64,000 nt of DNA from Saccostrea cucullata (lineage: Eukaryota), in assembly GCF_032062105.1 (NCBI RefSeq), contig NW_026932876.1:124001-188000 (forward strand), given 5' to 3'. Positions 40,835-54,504 of this stretch are shown piece by piece (within the stretch, counting starts at the first letter, position 1; the number at the start of each line of letters is the position of its first letter). Both the position numbers and the translations under genes were made by a program. Below the pieces are notes generated by a model, which made no database searches, was not told the DNA's origin, and saw only the letters and a list, made by a program, of their open reading frames with translations.

Positions 40835-43800
40835 AGTTCAGTTCAGTTGTGGATTTCCCTCCTATGTATAAGGAGCACCCGTGAAGGTTGTTTCATAAAA
40901 GGCATAAAAATTAAAAATATAAGAGATAAAGTGAGGAAAAGACAGTTAGTAAAATCTATTCTATGTAGTGCTGTAAAAAAAGTTAGAGGTGAAAGACCAA
41001 CTAAAATTAAAATAAGAATTTACATACTATACAGTAGCTTAACTCCTAAAGTAAAATTGTTTCGGCCTTAAAAGTTCTTAAAAAAAAAAAATTAAAAAGA
41101 ATTTTACACCGTTTCCATGACTGTTTCTATTTAAAAAATTATTTTAACTCTAAAAATAATTTTATATTCCTCTTTACCAAAAAAAAGGAAAAATATTAAG
41201 GTCTGTTGGTTGTAGACTGTGTACTAATTTTTTTAATAATTTGAGCTCTATGGCAATGTAGAGCAAATACCATGTTGCGGCTCAGGTTCTCAATAAATAT
41301 CTGAATTTTGTGGTTTCTTGATGGAATCTCTGAAAATGTGAAGTAGGAGGGGTCGATAATAATCTGTAGCAATCTAGTGTCCTCCAATAAGTATGAATTT
41401 GATTCCTGTGTGCCAATTTTTTCTTGCAGGTAATGACCTATTTTCATCAGATATGGCTGTCTAATAGAATCTAAGGTGGGACATTTTAGTAAAAAGTGTA
41501 ATCTGTCCTCTGTGGTCTCTCTACATAACAAGCAGTCATTTTTCACTTTGTGTTGGTTAAATTTATTAATATTGTCCTGTAAGCGGTAGGTATTTGTTGC
41601 GAGTTGAGCTTTGACAATGGCCTTATTTGATGCCTTCGGTGAAAACGTACTTGACTGCCATAATGGATGAGGTCGTCTGCATGAGTTGGTCTGTTATTTC
41701 AGATGTTGTAGGGAAACTTTTTCTGAGATTTCAATTTCATTTTTGATTTGCCAGTAGTCAGATATTTGCTTCTTTACTTTCTGTTTCCAGTGTTTTGCCT
41801 CTTCATTGCTTTTTATATTTCTTAACAGGTATAATGGGTCTGGAAGATCGTATTTTTCCAGGGTACTTTTTGCTCTAATAAACCAACTGGCACTGTTATC
41901 AGATTTTGTCAATAACTGTCGTACTGCCATTTGGTGCTCTATTGTTGCAGGATCTTTAGCAATATTCAAAAATGTTGTGATAATTCTAGCATCAATGTGG
42001 GCCTCTATTGTTTTGGCTCCAATAAGGGATAGAGTTGCAATTGATGCAGTCCTGTCAGGGAGACTTTGAAGTTGTTTCAGTACCTTTCTTTGATATTTTT
42101 CAAGTTTCTCTAAGTCAATTTTCCTTATGTTTAAGAGCTCAATTCCATGTAATAATCTAGGTATAACGAATGTAGTCCACATATTTAGAGTAATAACAGG
42201 AGATAGACCATTTTTTCCATGCATTCCACTTCCAAGTAGAGCGTATAATGTTCGTCGGGCAGTTTCTATTCGCTGACTGACATCAGGAGTATTTGTTGAA
42301 TTTCTTTCAATGCCTAGGTGTTTTAGGGAAGATACATGATTGATAGTTTCATTCCCCAACTTCACTTCAATTTCTTGCTGATATTTTTTCTGATGAGTCT
42401 TAAACGTTAGGATTTCACATTTTGCTGAATTTATAGTAAATCTATCTTTATTTGAAGCAGTATTCACTAAATTTGTCAAAATCTGCGCGTCTCTTTGGTT
42501 TTTTGTTAATAGGGCAATGTCATCCGCACATGTTGGCGCGGTGATGTCAAGAGTTCCAATCTTTACTCCCTCAGGTACAGTCTGTAGTGCATTTAGGAGG
42601 TCATTGTTGAATCTTTTATACATTAAGGTAGATAATTTAGCTCCTTGCCTTATACCTTGTTCTAGTTTTATTTCCTGTAATAGATTTTCATTCCATTTCA
42701 CTATTGTATGTGCATCTGTGTGTAGAGATTTCACCAAGTTCCAAAGGTCGCCTTCAATGCCATCTTTATATAGTTTACATAGTAAATTTTCGTGCCACAC
42801 TACATCAAATGCCTTTTCTGCATCGAAAGTCTGCAGGATTAATTGTTCTTTATTATCCTTTGCGTCGCAGAAGGCTTCAGAGATTATTAGTCCGGCCATC
42901 AGTGGGGAGGTTCCGGATGTGAACCCTCTTTGAAGGGCATTTTGTGATGGATCTAAAATAGGTTCCAGTTGGTCTCTCAAGCATGTTTCTAGGACCTTCC
43001 CAATTAGAGGTGTCACTGTTATTCCTCTGTAGTTTCCCGGCTTTGTCTTATCTTTTCCCTTTTTAAGAATTGGTGTCAGAATGCCCGTTTTTAGTCCTGT
43101 CGGTACCTCAGCTGTATGCAATATGGCATTAATAATGTCAGTAAGCATTGGGGATATCTGGTCAATGCCCATCTTAAGGTGTTCTGCTGTAAGGCCTGTT
43201 GCATCGGGCGCTTTGTTGTTTTTAAGGTTCTTAATAATATCTCTAATTTTTTCCTCAGATATCTTTTCGGTTGGAGATTTATTGGCTTTACATATATTTT
43301 CAATAATAAGTAGATTATGGCCTATTGTCTGTTTATAGTCCTCATCGAAGGATTCCTTTTCCTTTGGTCTTGCTAAATCTTCAAAATGGAGCTGCCATCC
43401 TGTAATTATGTTGTCATACTCATGGTACGCTTCTCCCTCCACAATGATATGATCAATTTTATCTGTTGGTTTGTTTCTCTGCTTATTGACTAGTTTAAAA
43501 AATAACTTTTGGTCTTTATTGATGTTTGCTTCTGTTATCTTGCTGTATAGTTTAACCCTTTCAAGGGCCGATTCTTGCCTCTGAATTTTACGGAAGGTCC
43601 GTTTAGCATTTTTCCTTAGTAAATTGAGGGGATGATTATGGTCTTGCGGTCTTCCTGCATCTTTCCACAGCTTGTGGGCAATCTTTGATTCCTTACTTGC
43701 AATAGCAACATTCACGGACCATCTGACTTTTGTTTTGTAGCATTTTTTCTTTTTAGATGTTTTAAAAGCCTTCTTCTCTGCCTGTATGATGTTACTAGTC

Positions 43801-44140
43801 AGTGTATTTATAGCTTCTGTAATATCAAAGTATGATTCTAATTTGTTGTTATGTGGAATTCTCCTTGATAATTCCGATTTGTAAGCTTCTATATCACATT
43901 TTTCCCAGTTTCTTTTTGGTTTTCTGTTGTTGATCTTTTGGCAGTCTATTGTATCTCCACGTATGTTAGTGGCGATGGGAAGTTTGGCAAAGACCAGTTT
44001 GTGATCTGATAAATTTGCATGATCGTCACTTCGTATTTTGATTTCGTTTATCCTGTTTTGGTTATCCACTGCAAGTATGTAGTCTAGCGTTGCGGAGTCT
44101 TTTCCATTGTGATGGTAAAATGTTGCTTGGTTTGGGTAAT
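40835..44140 (-). mobile_element. 5'-truncated, young non-LTR retrotransposon (RTE-X-like): endonuclease remnant, RT and CCHC domain
   Basis: ORF 41694-44261 has TLDYIL, KAPDATG, NYRGIT, QRGF, FDAEKAFD, GIRQG and CADD. A single in-frame TAA at 41694-41696 is followed in frame by CLLC..EDRLHFLLKC ending 41196. (ACTGA)n tail at ~40835-40848. Confidence 0.9.
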
Positions 44141-44149
44141 CATTTCTCA

Positions 44150-46886
44150 AGATGGAAAACGTGCATGCATCAAAGATTTCGGATTCCATATATATTTCCG
44201 ACGAGGAAACAGTCAACATGTTGTTTCCAACATGATTTCCAAGAAACTCTGGAACTTCCACCGATTTTGGAAATGTTTACTTTTTTTTTTTTTTCTTCCC
44301 GAAATGGTAGATTTTTTGCATACCCTGATTTCATACCTTTTATCAACCTTTTGATCTGACTCTTAATGCAGTCCACTGAATCAAAAATGTTTTCTATATA
44401 ACTTCTGACAGAAGGTCAAAAACACTCCACTTTCTTAAGTTCAGATGATAAGCCCTGGTTTGATAAAAACTTAAAATCCCTTTACAGAGATTATATTGTA
44501 GCTAAAACGTACATTCTATAGCTGTAAAAATATACAAAATCACTCGGGTTTGATTAACAAAAACCGCATTTACAAGAAAGAAGAAGCAAAACTAAAAAGA
44601 TTGTACAAGCAAGCAGAAGGTAATAGGTTAAACATAATGAAGAAAAATAATCCAGACATGTTTTTTTGTTGCCAAATTTAATAAAAGAACAAAATCAACT
44701 CCAAAAGTATCATTAGAGGATTTATATGAGCACTTCAAAGATATCGCTCAAATAGAAGAAATTGGTAACTAGAGTGGTGCAAATGTAAGTGGTGAATGTG
44801 TTTTGGATGAACTGGATAAAGAAATTTGCGAAGATGAAATTAAAAGCGCTATCAGTAATTTAAAGCAGGGGAAAACGCATGGTGAAGATGGGAATATTGA
44901 ATGAATATTTTATTGAATTCCAGGAATATCTACTTCTCTTGTTATATAAACTTTTTAACTGTATTTAAGACACAGTTTTTTCCCGAAAAGTTGGTCATCA
45001 TCTGTAATCGTGCCTATTTTCAAAAAGGTGACATTAAGAACCCAGACAATTATAGGGGTATAAGTCTTGTTAGTAAAATGGCTAAATTATTTACTTCAAA
45101 AATATTGAACAATACATTATTAGAATGGTCTAAAAGTAATGATATAGTTACAGATGCACAGTTTGGCTTCAAACCTAATTGTGGTACACGTGAAGCAATA
45201 TTTGTTCTTCATTCTTTGATTTCAAACACTTTATCTAAAAGTAAAAGACTACATTGTGCATTCATTGATTTCAAAAAAGGCGCTTGATTCTGTTGTCAGA
45301 TCTAAACTGTGGATCAAAATATCTAAAGTGGGTATCCAAGGCGCTGTATGATAATGTGAAATCTTGCATTGTGGTAGAAGGCCAATTGAGTAATTTTTTT
45401 TGTAACAATGTTGGTTTGATGGAAGGAGAAGTGTTATCCCCAATTTTATTAAACTCTATGTGAATGACTTTGAAATGAGTTTCTCTTATATGATCTAATG
45501 TCACTGAACTTGATTTTGTTAATGTATTCAGATAATATGGTCCTTTTTCTGAAACAATTGAAGGTCTGCAATCACTTTTGAATGAGTTGTCTGAATATTG
45601 TAAATCCTGGAATTTATGTATTAACGTGGACAAATCTAAAGTTTTAATCATTAGAAATAAGGCCAAAATCAAATCTAACGAAAAATGGTTCATTGGTAAG
45701 CATGTTTTGGAAGCTGTTGAACAATTTACATACTTGGGAATTATTTTCCAATACAATAATAAATTTGCAATGGCGGAAAAAACAGTTGTCTGACCTGGAT
45801 AGAGAAGAGAAAAACATTGTTTGTGTTGAAAAAAGATATAAGGGGTTTGTCCCTTAATCATGAAACTTTATTATCACTTTTTGATTGCAATGTTGGAGGC
45901 ATTGTTAATTATGCATCAGAAATCTGGGGATCTCATAAAGGTGACAATGTTGAAAAACTACATCTTGATTTTTGTAAGCAGATATTAGGAGTTAAAAAAT
46001 CTACATGTAATACAGCTGTTTATGCTGAGTTAGGTAGACTTCCTCTGTTGTACAAAAGAACATTCTCAATGATAAATTTTAGCCAGCGAGAACTGTATTA
46101 TTAGAAATTGTTATGAGAAGATGTATATTAACTGTGAAACGCATGCACAAAAAAACTGGGCTTTTCAGGTGAAGAATTTTTTAAATGATCTTGGTTTTAG
46201 TGAAGTTTGGGGTAAACAACAAATTAATACAGCTACCTTAAAATGTATTAAACAAACTTAAGGACTTTGGATCAGGCTAAACAAGAAATAGTTGCTAAAA
46301 TTGAAAGTTCGCAGAAATGTTCTTTCTATAAATACCTACTTGATGGGTTTTACCTTCAGTATTATTTTAAAAAAAAATCTGTTCCGGCTAAATTTCAAAA
46401 ATGTATATCAAAGTTAAGATTATCATCACACCTGTTAGCTATTGAAACAGGGAGATATAATAACACTAACAAATCGCATAGGAAATGCTTTGCTTGTCAT
46501 AATTGTGTGGAGGACGAATATCATTTTTTACTGGTATGCCCTGTTTATGCAGATTATCGAAGCAAATTTATTTAAAAATATTTCGTTAAAAAACCATCCA
46601 TGTTCAAATTATTGCAATTGTTTAATACTGAGAACTATAAGGATATGTGTAACCTTGGTAAATATATTTATTATAGTTTGAGGCGAAGAGGTGATCTTGT
46701 AATCCGATAATTGTATCTTTTCCATTATTTTTGTTTGTTTGTTTGTTTGTATTTACTACTATTATTTATGTACGAACACATTGTTCTTCTGTAAAATATC
46801 CACTTCTGTACTGTAATGAAACTGATTTTGTATATATACTGATAAGCTGTAAATTAGCTTAAAGTAATGATAAAGAAGAAGAAGAA
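44150..46886 (+). mobile_element. Degenerate 5'-truncated CR1/L2-group LINE (different family), multiple frameshifts
   Basis: KPWFD, NYRGISL, AQFGF, FIDFKK, NYASEIWG, YAELGRLPL, RLSSHLLAIETGRY and CFAC..EDEYHFLLVC across ORF fragments; (GAA)n tail at 46874-46886. Confidence 0.88.
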
Positions 46887-48029
46887 TGCTTATGTGGCAG
46901 TTAAACCATAATTAAGTGTAAATTAAATTTCAAATTTTTAATTACTTTATGTTTAACTCATATACCTGTAATCATTGTAATAGAAGCATCAGCTGGGATA
47001 GAGAAGTGTGACTTTTTATTGATAAATATCAATTTCAATATATACACTGATAATTAATAAAATTCCCCATTTTGCATACACTTGTGCGCGCGGTCACCTC
47101 TCCTCACGTGCCACGGGTAGGAATACACCTGCCACAGCGTTTGTGTATTATATGTATATTCTATGTGATTTGAGAGGTTTTTCAGTCTAAGGGAACAATG
47201 GGATGTGTGTATATATATATGCAAAGTCTCCACAAACTAACAAACTATGCGCAGTGTAAGTTCAACATGATGGCCTCTGGTTATCGATTACAATTTATTA
47301 AGAAGTAAAATTTGATGACAACTTTAGTTTTATGTTAAAAATTGGACAAAATATTGATAAAATAAGCTAAATTTACTATAAATTTTTACATGGTTAGAAA
47401 GAAGAAAAATATCGAATTTGGTTCAGAACTGATTGAAAAGGAAAATATTTTCTACTTATTGTATAGAAATTATAACTGATAAGTGTTGGGAAAAACAAAC
47501 AAACAAACAAACATTTCAATAGTAGAAACAAACATTTCATTATACTCCGCTAAAATTTTTCTTTTGACGGATAATCTGGAAAATTTTACTTTATTGATTT
47601 TAAAGAGTTTTTGAGGAAAATGATTGAAGACATTGTAACCAGTCATTCACAAATTCATACAGTTGTTATGTCAGAATTTTAAAAACTTGATGTTTCCTTT
47701 TCCTTTATTCTTCAGCTGCCTAGAAGTTTAAAACCCTTATTTATTGAATTTTCCTCAATGACTTTTCAGTGACTATATCCATTTCAGTAGCCCCTAGGCA
47801 AAAATGAGCCACCCATGTATTCTGCCCAATCCAAATTTTAAAGCTCTATCCATGTATCAAATACGTACATGTAAATACATGTACATGTTACTGGAAAACA
47901 TAGAATAGAAGATATAAAGAGGCGACAAAATTTTCTAAAAGAAAAGGGGGGGGGGGGCGCTGAATTAAACGACAAAAAAGGAGCAGAGTTAAAATGGTTA
48001 ACATGGACCTCCAAAAATTCAGAGTTGAG

Positions 48030-49185
48030 ATCAGGTGCCATGGAGGAGTAAGCATCATCTGCCGACCGATCATACCCGCCGCAAGGTCATTGTATCGACC
48101 ACATAATTTACGAAATAATGACTTTAAATGAGACTGCTTATATTCTTGTTTCAGCAAATTGTCTTTCAGTAATTTACCTCGTTTTAAAAATTCTTCATAC
48201 GTGTAGCGTATCGAATCAACAGAGAGATTATAAACCCCGCATGCAGGTGACGAATGTATATTGCTTCATAAAAAGGAAGGGAAGCTGACGATTGAAAAGT
48301 TAAAGTCACAACGTTTATCACAAAGCTTGGTAGATAGATTTTTCAAGTAAAATATCTAAAATATGAAACAGATATGTCAGACTCTGTGGTATCGTTTAAT
48401 TCAAGCTCACCGGGATGTATATCGTATCAACATATGAATGGATATAACCATTGTAATTTGACAGTACGTTGTCGATATTTATCTGAATTCATGTCTAGTT
48501 GAAGGCCACAGTCAAGTGTTTTCTGTTCATCACGTATACAAGATTTTTGACAAATTCTGCTTTATATGAATACAGAAATAGATCTGTTATAACGGGGTGC
48601 AATTAGAATCTCACGGGAATTCCAATAGATTGTTGGAAGATCTGGTCTCCAAAAACACATAGATATTGTCAATCAGAAACTCAAGCATCTTTTTTTAATA
48701 TCAACTTTAGAGTACTTTTGCGTGCAATCAGAAAGTTTTTTTTTTTTTTTTACAAAATAATTTTGCAAATGGCTTATGACAAGATAAGTAAATTTACGAG
48801 TTCCATTTTTATCATTGACAAGTATACATGTATATAGCTGTCTATGATATCAAAAAGTCTGGACTTTAATTTATCGTGAGGAATGGTTGTGTTTAAAGCT
48901 GAAAAGTCGTAAGTTTTAATGCCGTTGAATTTGGAAAAAAATTGAAGTTTCCAAAAGTTCCTTGGAATTTTTAAGTATCCACATCTAAATTTTTTCCACT
49001 TGTGGAATATATTCTTGCACATATTACTCCCGAAGCTTCTCCTTCAATACTCCCTACATTTTAGAGAGGAGTAAAGACAGAGGCTTGGTAAAACATTAAC
49101 TAGATCCTGCTGTGTACATTTGTAAGGATTTTTATGAAGTTTTGGAAACCAATATACTCAATAGATATACGTAGTAAATCAAATT
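48030..49185 (-). mobile_element. Degenerate Penelope-like retroelement RT fragment
   Basis: IKTYDFSALNTTIPHDKLKSRLFDII and LKSLFRKLCGRYNDL fragments; homologous to 54505-55568. Confidence 0.8.
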
Positions 49186-50619
49186 CATTCTGATTATTAA
49201 GTAAACATGCTTATATAAAAGTATGTACATAATAATAACATTTATTATTTTCCCTTTCATTACAATTATTATTGAAATTTTATTTTAACAAAGTTAGTCT
49301 GTGTAATATTTTGATATGTTAAATTAGGATACCTACGGGTATGATTTGATGACTTAAAGTGCCTTTCCAATATATGTGTGTGCCTCATTCCCATTAAATC
49401 ATGTTTTATCAAACTGGCCAATAACATCAAAACTTAACATACTTTTAAATCAAGCGTGTCTTTGACACCAGTGTTGAATTATTCCTCCTAAGACTGCGCT
49501 CTCTGAGCCCCATACAAAGCTGACAGAACGATAAAGAGTCTCCTGCTACTTATTTTAAGTATGTTTCTAAGTAACTTCTGAATGAGTACTTGAGAGAGTA
49601 CATAAATGAGTTCAAAGATGTACAGTTCTTCTTAATATCGGTTTTCTGACCTCATAACAGAAAACGTACTTTTATAAAAGGCAAAATCAGGAAAATGACA
49701 AATCACAGAGAGATGAAAGGGTCGACATGCTGGATTCCAGACGATAGAAGGAATAGATTTAGGATTAGAAGGTCAGCCATTAACATAACTAGTCAGGAAA
49801 TGGCAGTATTTAAATTGATTTAAAAGACACTAAACCAACACCCAGAAGGAAAAACAAAATCTCTTGTCGTCCTCTGTAAGAGAGAACTTGGAGTTGAATG
49901 AGAGAGATGTTGATGAATGGAACTGTCTTCGACGGGTAGATCAAATTTCTAGTCACGAAGAGTTTTATTTATTTGTGCGTCAACTTTCTTTTATTTCCAT
50001 ATCCAAACTAGACCAAGTCTTCTTCTTTCAGAACGTAAAAAACATGATATTTATTTGTCCTTTGCTGAGTTAATGTACTACAGAGGCGTTCTCCCCAGGC
50101 ATCTCCTGACGGACCATCTCATGGCAAATATTTAGACCTTAAATGGAATAAACATTGTGTCAAAAGGCGAACCTCAACAATGCATAAGGTAAGAAACTAA
50201 AAAAAAATATTAACTTCATTTGAAAAAAAAAATAGAATACAATTTGCGAGTAATAATACGAGTTTATTTCGTACCCAATAATATAAATACAATACACATA
50301 AAACAATTCAACAAGAATTTAATCAATTCTCTTGATTTTAGAAGTCCAGGAAAAGTACAAAAAAGTAAATAAAAGCTGATGATGTGATCAAATTTCATAT
50401 TCCGTGTTTCTTAATAAAATCTCACTACAGTGGAAGTTTTAATGAGAAGGCATAATTTACGAAAAACTACCTTATTCATCTAATCTTTTAGTGAATTATC
50501 ATGTCCATAACAATTTTTTTTTTTTTTTTTACAGTTTTATAGATCTGAGAATGAACTTTGAAAGGATACACTCTAATTCTATCCATCAGAACAGTTCAGA
50601 TGCATAAAACATAATTGGA

Positions 50620-51250
50620 TACTCTTTAAATATTATCATTTTACAAACAGCGTGACAGTTTGCTTGATGGGGCGTGCTAAAATTTTGTGTGTTGGTTATC
50701 ATTTTGCTCATCGATTGGATCAATGAAATCAATACTAATTTGCATATGAAACTCGGAATACAACAATAGCCTGATAATACTGACCAATCACATTGAATGA
50801 TTGTTGACCAGTACAGCATTTGTAGTCAGCAGCAACACGTGGTCAGTAAAAGCCCGTTTTCTGTCCTGAAAAAAGCATGTAATTATATTTGTTGTGATTT
50901 GGCCGGATGGGTTTTTAAATACGTATTAAGAAAATTTAAAGAATGGAATTAGTAAGGCTACTCTGCTTCTGTTGTACTATATATGTACGTTGCTCTATCA
51001 TTATCATCATTATAGGAAGTGAAACTTGCTTAGTCCGTTCACGTGTTATTGTTGTTTATTAAATGCGATTGGTCAGTATTGTCAGTGGTATTGCTGTATT
51101 CTGTGTTTCATATGCAAAGTATTATTGATTCCATTGAAATCAAACATCCAATCGATGAGTAAAATGATAATCAGGCATCCGGAATTTTAGCACGCCCTAT
51201 CAAGCAAACTGTCACGCTGTTAGTAAAACGATAGTATGTTATAGAATTTA
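50620..51250. mobile_element. MITE with ~100-bp inverted arms
   Basis: ACAGCGTGACAGTTTGCTTGATGGGGCGTGCTAAAATT...CTCATCGATTGGAT is mirrored at 51145-51230. Confidence 0.7.
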
Positions 51251-51954
51251 CACTATATTGTCCTTTTTTCAGTAACTGTGTCCTTTCATTCGATTAAAAC
51301 CTTCATGTACATCTCGTTTCAATTCTAATTTTTTTTTCTTTTATATTAAACACATGTTAAAACATCGACCTACCCTATGTATTTTCAAAATCAATGGTGG
51401 TTATTAATTTAAAACTGTCAACCACTTAAAAAATTCAGAAATATAACCAATGAGATAGCTTCGTAAAACCAGAAACCGGTATTTATACGGATTCTTGGAA
51501 TATTGTTTTTTTTTTCTTTCATAGATTGAGAAGCCTCAAATTTTAATGATAGAATATTTGAAGATTTAAGGAATTAATTTTAAATACATTTAAATCAACC
51601 ACCTTATTTTCCAATACCAGTTTATCTACTAAGTATCACATTTACGAATCTACTTGACCAGTCAACAGTCTATATAACAACAGGTCTGGATTGTGTCGTA
51701 ATACTGTAGGTATACTGTTAATCCCCCGCCACTGAAATGCCTGGAGAGAAAGTATACACGTCTACTTCAATATACTTCGATACGCCACTGTTCGCTTACT
51801 GCGTCATTGATCATGAAAGTACACAGATTTCCCAAGGAAATTAAATTTAATTGTTCCCTGGTGTACAAAGACAAATATTTGTAGTTTACCTTGGACAAAT
51901 CCTCCACAAAAACAATTGAGTAGTGAGGGAACAGAATACTTTGCTAGAGTTTGT

Positions 51955-52055
51955 ACTAGGCTGAAGCTAGCAGATACTCAGTCCTTTCCTTATTGGCTGC
52001 TACAGCTTCTACGGGCTTAGTGACTGCTGTTATTGGCTGCTAGCTTCAGTCTAGT
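51955..52055. repeat. ~100-bp hairpin / mini-MITE
   Basis: ACTAGGCTGAAGCTAGCAG...CTGCTAGCTTCAGTCTAGT inverted repeat (18/19). Confidence 0.6.
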
Positions 52056-53120
52056 CCAACTATTATAATGGCATATCAGTCTATCAGAAAAAAGTTTCAG
52101 TTGAAATATACTTGTAATGGAAATCGCTCTCAGAAGTAACTTTTTCTATCCTTGAAACATCAGATGTTAGGTAGAATTTAAAAAGTTTTCTTGATGTAAT
52201 TTCGGAATTTCGATTGAAAGGTTGTTTAATTCAAAGCCGAGAAATATGTGTTAACTATTACTCATTCAACATTTTTTAACATACCATTTTCTTTCATGTT
52301 TCAATATCTGCAATTACAATTTTGTTACTTATAGAATCTATAATACTTATTGTCGAGACTTAAATACAAAAATGTAGTGGGTTTTTATTTGAAAATCTGA
52401 ATGTTGTAGAACTTAAAGTCACGACTATTTGATTTACAAGATCACACTGCGAATTTCCCTTCTTTGATGTTAATTTAAGGCAGGATCTTTTTACATTTAT
52501 GCTTTGTCATGTCTGTAGACTGACACCATTTAAATTAGCATGTTATATAAAGACGACCTTAAAGACCAGTTTTTATTGCATTAAGTAATTTGAAGTTAAA
52601 CAGAGGTAATAGCTAGTCACGGAATCAGTTCAGCGATCAAATTTTAAAAATTCCAATTACAAGTATTTCCCAAGACAACTTGAATGTATTTTCTTAACAG
52701 AAAATGCTTCAGGGAATATTATCCGAAATGAAATAAGTTATTAAAATTCTTTTAAAATTTTAGATAACATGAAATCTAATGTACATAACCTACAGTATTT
52801 TAAAGGGATCTCTATTTCTTTTACAAACCAATTGAAGGATTCAGTAATGAAACCTAATGTGAAAATGTTCAAATGTAACCAAAGAGTTCTTTTATAACGC
52901 TGTGTTGTATATTTAGTATTTGAAAGGCGATGAACAAAAATGTTTTTTTTTTTCAAGAATAGAAAATATTTTTAATTCATTAAAGAAAACACCTTAAATG
53001 ATACTGTACCGGAAGGACAGTATCAAAAATATAATGTCGTTTTATATCTCTGTTATAAAACATAAACCTGTAGAGACAAAGGGAAATGTTGATAATTGTT
53101 TTCTATTTCTGCAGCAGAAT

Positions 53121-54263
53121 ATGGCTTTTACCAACTCTTCATATGCCCAAGTGGCGGGAATCCAGAGTGAAGTTAACAAGGTCACAGTGACACGCGTGGC
53201 CGGAAGTGAAGTGGAATACCATCGTCAGATGAACTTATATCGAAAAGACATGGAAATTGTCGTTAGAAACCTTCGCAAAGAACAGAAGAAGCTGAGAAAG
53301 GCGATCTTCATGTACTCCAGAAAACTACACGAAAGCCATCGTGAGCGAGCCCGAAGGGACGTCGAGGACAGAATGAGGGACAAAAAAAGTTTCGAAAACA
53401 GGCAAAAAGTATCAGAAATCATGAAAATGCAAGATACACAAATTCTGTCCATCGTCCGAGAAAATAATGATGTATCATTAGAAAGTGAGGAGCATAAGGC
53501 AGCCGAGGCACGAGATGAGGAGGAGAAGGATGAGACAGATGAAGAGACAGATGACAAACACGCTGAAGATTTACCAGAGCAGGTCGAGGACAGAGGTGGA
53601 GTCATTCTTCCTCCAATCAGCGCCCCTTTAACAAGTACTAACGTCGATTCCTCTGACTGGGACTGTGACCACGTGACGAGGGAAGAAAGAACACTTCCAG
53701 AAATAAAAGTAACTTCCGAATGGGAGAATAAACTTAGTAAACATTTCAGAACTTTAAAACCAAAGAAACAAACTGTCTCTTATGCGGATATCATAAAATT
53801 ACAACACTCTACAAATCCCGAAAAGCTATTCAGTCTGGTGAATAAACTGGCACTAAAGCATGGAGTCAAAGACAGAGGCTTAGAACATGGGAAGGCAAAC
53901 TTACCTAGAAATACCCAAGAAAGATCGGTGCAATCAAAGATAGGTTCTGGTCTGCATGCAGTGAACTATGGCTACACCATTGCTAGTAGGCAAGACAATT
54001 CAATTCCCTCGCTCAAAGTGGACAGACATTTATTAAATGAGAGTCCTTTGGAAGACGCCCAAGGTCGTCACGATATATATAGTACAGAGAAAAGTCCAGA
54101 AATATATTCACACGTGGTGAAGTCTCCGAAATCAATCATTCTGCCGTCAATTCATAAGGTTCCTCCAGAAGAAAGTTTTTCATCTCACAAAAGACCACAA
54201 AAACGTGGACCCATATCCTGGACTCAGGCTATTGCATTAATTAAAAGTGTGCATAGCTTATAA
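53121..54263 (+). CDS. Uncharacterised 380-aa protein: N-terminal basic coiled coil, acidic tract, disordered C-terminus
   Basis: Long GC-richer ORF. A pyrimidine-rich acceptor TTTTCTATTTCTGCAG at 53114 precedes the ATG at 53121, so the ORF-track N-terminal 41 aa are probably intronic. Confidence 0.75.
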   Translation: MAFTNSSYAQVAGIQSEVNKVTVTRVAGSEVEYHRQMNLYRKDMEIVVRNLRKEQKKLRKAIFMYSRKLHESHRERARRDVEDRMRDKKSFENRQKVSEIMKMQDTQILSIVRENNDVSLESEEHKAAEARDEEEKDETDEETDDKHAEDLPEQVEDRGGVILPPISAPLTSTNVDSSDWDCDHVTREERTLPEIKVTSEWENKLSKHFRTLKPKKQTVSYADIIKLQHSTNPEKLFSLVNKLALKHGVKDRGLEHGKANLPRNTQERSVQSKIGSGLHAVNYGYTIASRQDNSIPSLKVDRHLLNESPLEDAQGRHDIYSTEKSPEIYSHVVKSPKSIILPSIHKVPPEESFSSHKRPQKRGPISWTQAIALIKSVHSL

Positions 54264-54504
54264 CTGTATTCAAACCAAACATGGTATTCAGACATGGCTT
54301 TATTGAAATCTTTTATTACATTTCTGTAGTCGAAATCCAGAGTGAAATGTATTCTATCTACTAGTATTATCTTATCATTTATTTATATTTGTAATCAGTA
54401 AAAATTGTGTACTTTTGTATTAAATTGTGGTAATTCAACTTAATATACTCATATTTCCTTTCTAAGGAAGGAATTCTTCAAAATAAAATGTCAGTTTTGA
54501 ATAT

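Noticed and set aside
45271-45861. 196-aa minus-strand ORF (also 41806-43338 plus-strand ORFs and 53225-53605)
   Set aside because: Antisense to LINE ORF2 or to the 53121 gene; no independent features.
52998-53120. N-terminal 41 aa of the 421-aa ORF
   Set aside because: AT-rich and ends in a polypyrimidine-CAG acceptor; more likely intron than coding.
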